From assembly GCF_004010195.1 (NCBI RefSeq), contig NC_057718.1, positions 78,294,935-78,358,934 on the forward strand: 64,000 nucleotides of DNA, given 5' to 3'. Of the stretch, positions 62,672 through 64,000 are shown piece by piece. Under the pieces are notes generated by a model. The model ran no database searches. It saw only the letters and a program-made list of their open reading frames with translations, and was not told where the DNA came from. This stretch comes from Chiloscyllium plagiosum. Lineage: Eukaryota. Numbering within the stretch: position 1 is the first letter of the stretch; each line of letters starts with the position of its first letter. Position numbers and translations under genes: made by a program.

Positions 62672-63493
62672 ATTGTGAAGAATAAGATTGTTAGACACAA
62701 TTTATAGCAAAAGTTTCCAGTGTGATGTAACTGAAATTATACAGCGAAAAAGACCCGAATTGGTGAGACCAAATAGACTATGGCAACGGATGAATGGGCA
62801 CCGCAGAACAATCAACAGGCAGGAGTGTTCTGAATCGGACAACACTTCAGTGGTCCAGGACATTCGACCTCTGACCTTCAGATGACCTCCGAGACTGACT
62901 TCGGGACAGGCAACAATAAAAAGTGGCCGAGCAGAAGCTGATAGCCAAGTTCGGTACCCATTCGGATGGCCTCAACCGGGAGCTATGGTTCATGTCACAC
63001 TACAGGTGACCCCATTGCACTATACACACAAATGGACAGACTGACCCTGCACCCCACCCCCCACAGACTTCAATCCCTTTACACACACTCCCTCTCATAC
63101 GCACTCATAATCCATGTGCACACATTTGTGGGGTGAATTTGTACTTGCAGAATTTTACTTTGCTCAAAAACTGCATGAGCTCATGTAAGATTTTGAAAAT
63201 CCGTTTTTAAGATTAGGTTCAATCTGACCATTGGCACAGACAGCCTCACGGAGTTAACACCTTGAATACCTTATCTGGACTGACTTGACACCAATTGTTA
63301 AAGTGCCCTTGAAAATGTAACTTCTTAAAAAAGTTTTGTGATTTACATATGAAAGAACTGATACCAACATAGTCATTCTAAGAGATGAGAGACTTAACAA
63401 ACAATTTGGTCTTTTATCAATATATAATTTCAGTTATATCACACTGGAAACTTTTGATATAAATTTGTATCTTACAATCTTACTCTCCACAAC

Positions 63494-63528
63494 CACCTGA
63501 TGAAGGAACAGTGCTCCGAAAGCTAGTG
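63494..63528 (+). ncRNA. Minimal hammerhead ribozyme motif (sense)
   Basis: cac-CUGAUGA-A-GGAaC-AGU-GcUCC-GAAA-G-CUA-gug; 3-bp helix I, AGCU palindrome, predicted cut after A63525. Confidence 0.75.
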
Positions 63529-64000
63529 CTTTCAAATAAACCTGTTGGGCTATAACCTGGTGTTGAGACTTCTAACTTTGTACACCCCAGTCCAACACCA
63601 GCGTCTCCAAATCATTCATGTTATGAGTGGCATTAACAAAAACCTGACTGGATGATGACTCATTCCCTCATGAAGCCTCATATCTTCCATCTGCTGCCCC
63701 ATCAAGACTGATATGATCAGTGTGGGTTTATCACTAGAACATACCTTGGCCTGGCCCCCTATTCCTCTGGCACGACTTGCTTGAGAATCTTTACTTGTTT
63801 TGCCTTCACACTCATTTTATAAAATTCAGCTTTCTCTGTTGCCTTTTCAAGTACATTGAGACTTTTATTTTCACAGTTCCCCTTTTAACTGTGCCAAATG
63901 ATTTCTATGGTTTTAACTTTATCCTAACACCTCTTTCCCCAGTGTTGTTTTGTCCTTCCTCAATCTTTGTCCACAGAAACTCCCCAATCCAAATTCACAG

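Larger units (their letters stand above)
62585..63615 (+). mobile_element. Penelope-like element (family B): inverted terminal copy + GIY-YIG relic + 3' terminal region
   Basis: 62759-63009 decayed IGETK..L.QRMNGH...HFSGPGHS...AEQKLIAKFGTHSDGLNRE; 62585-62745 is the reverse complement of ~63420-63580. Confidence 0.9.

Noticed and set aside
1..64000. Most of the ORF-track entries as independent genes
   Set aside because: Short, often with non-ATG starts, and either overlap IGF2R exons with intron read-through, are frameshifted LINE/SINE pieces, or have no recognisable features.
1..64000. Imprinting control region / Airn promoter and IGF2-binding site
   Set aside because: In mammals these lie in intron 2 and domain 11, both outside this window; no CpG island is visible here.

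Overview
Eukaryotic, AT-rich, CpG-depleted genomic DNA, almost certainly from a cartilaginous fish (shark), judged from HE1-type V-SINEs, CR1 LINEs and Penelope-type repeats. The whole window lies inside one + strand gene, IGF2R (cation-independent mannose-6-phosphate receptor). I traced 18 consecutive GT-AG exons (4380 to 61815, 2643 nt, 881 codons) that splice in frame without a stop. They cover part of MRH domain 3, domains 4-8 and the junction into domain 9, and by my recollection match human exons ~9-26. Introns are full of decayed CR1 and other LINEs, tRNA-derived SINEs, solo LTRs, one MITE and many short fold-back Penelope-like element (PLE) remnants. The most notable signal is that at least three PLE families carry minimal hammerhead-ribozyme motifs (CUGANGA / helix II / GAAA / palindromic helix III / NUH), several intact and sense to the IGF2R pre-mRNA. 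Other oddities are an 87-bp perfect duplication around a 20-nt LINE tail, a five-element nested insertion, tandem in-frame acceptors and inverted repeat pairs bracketing exons. Most ORFs in the supplied track are spurious or decayed transposon fragments. Exon boundaries were counted by hand; repeat boundaries are approximate.
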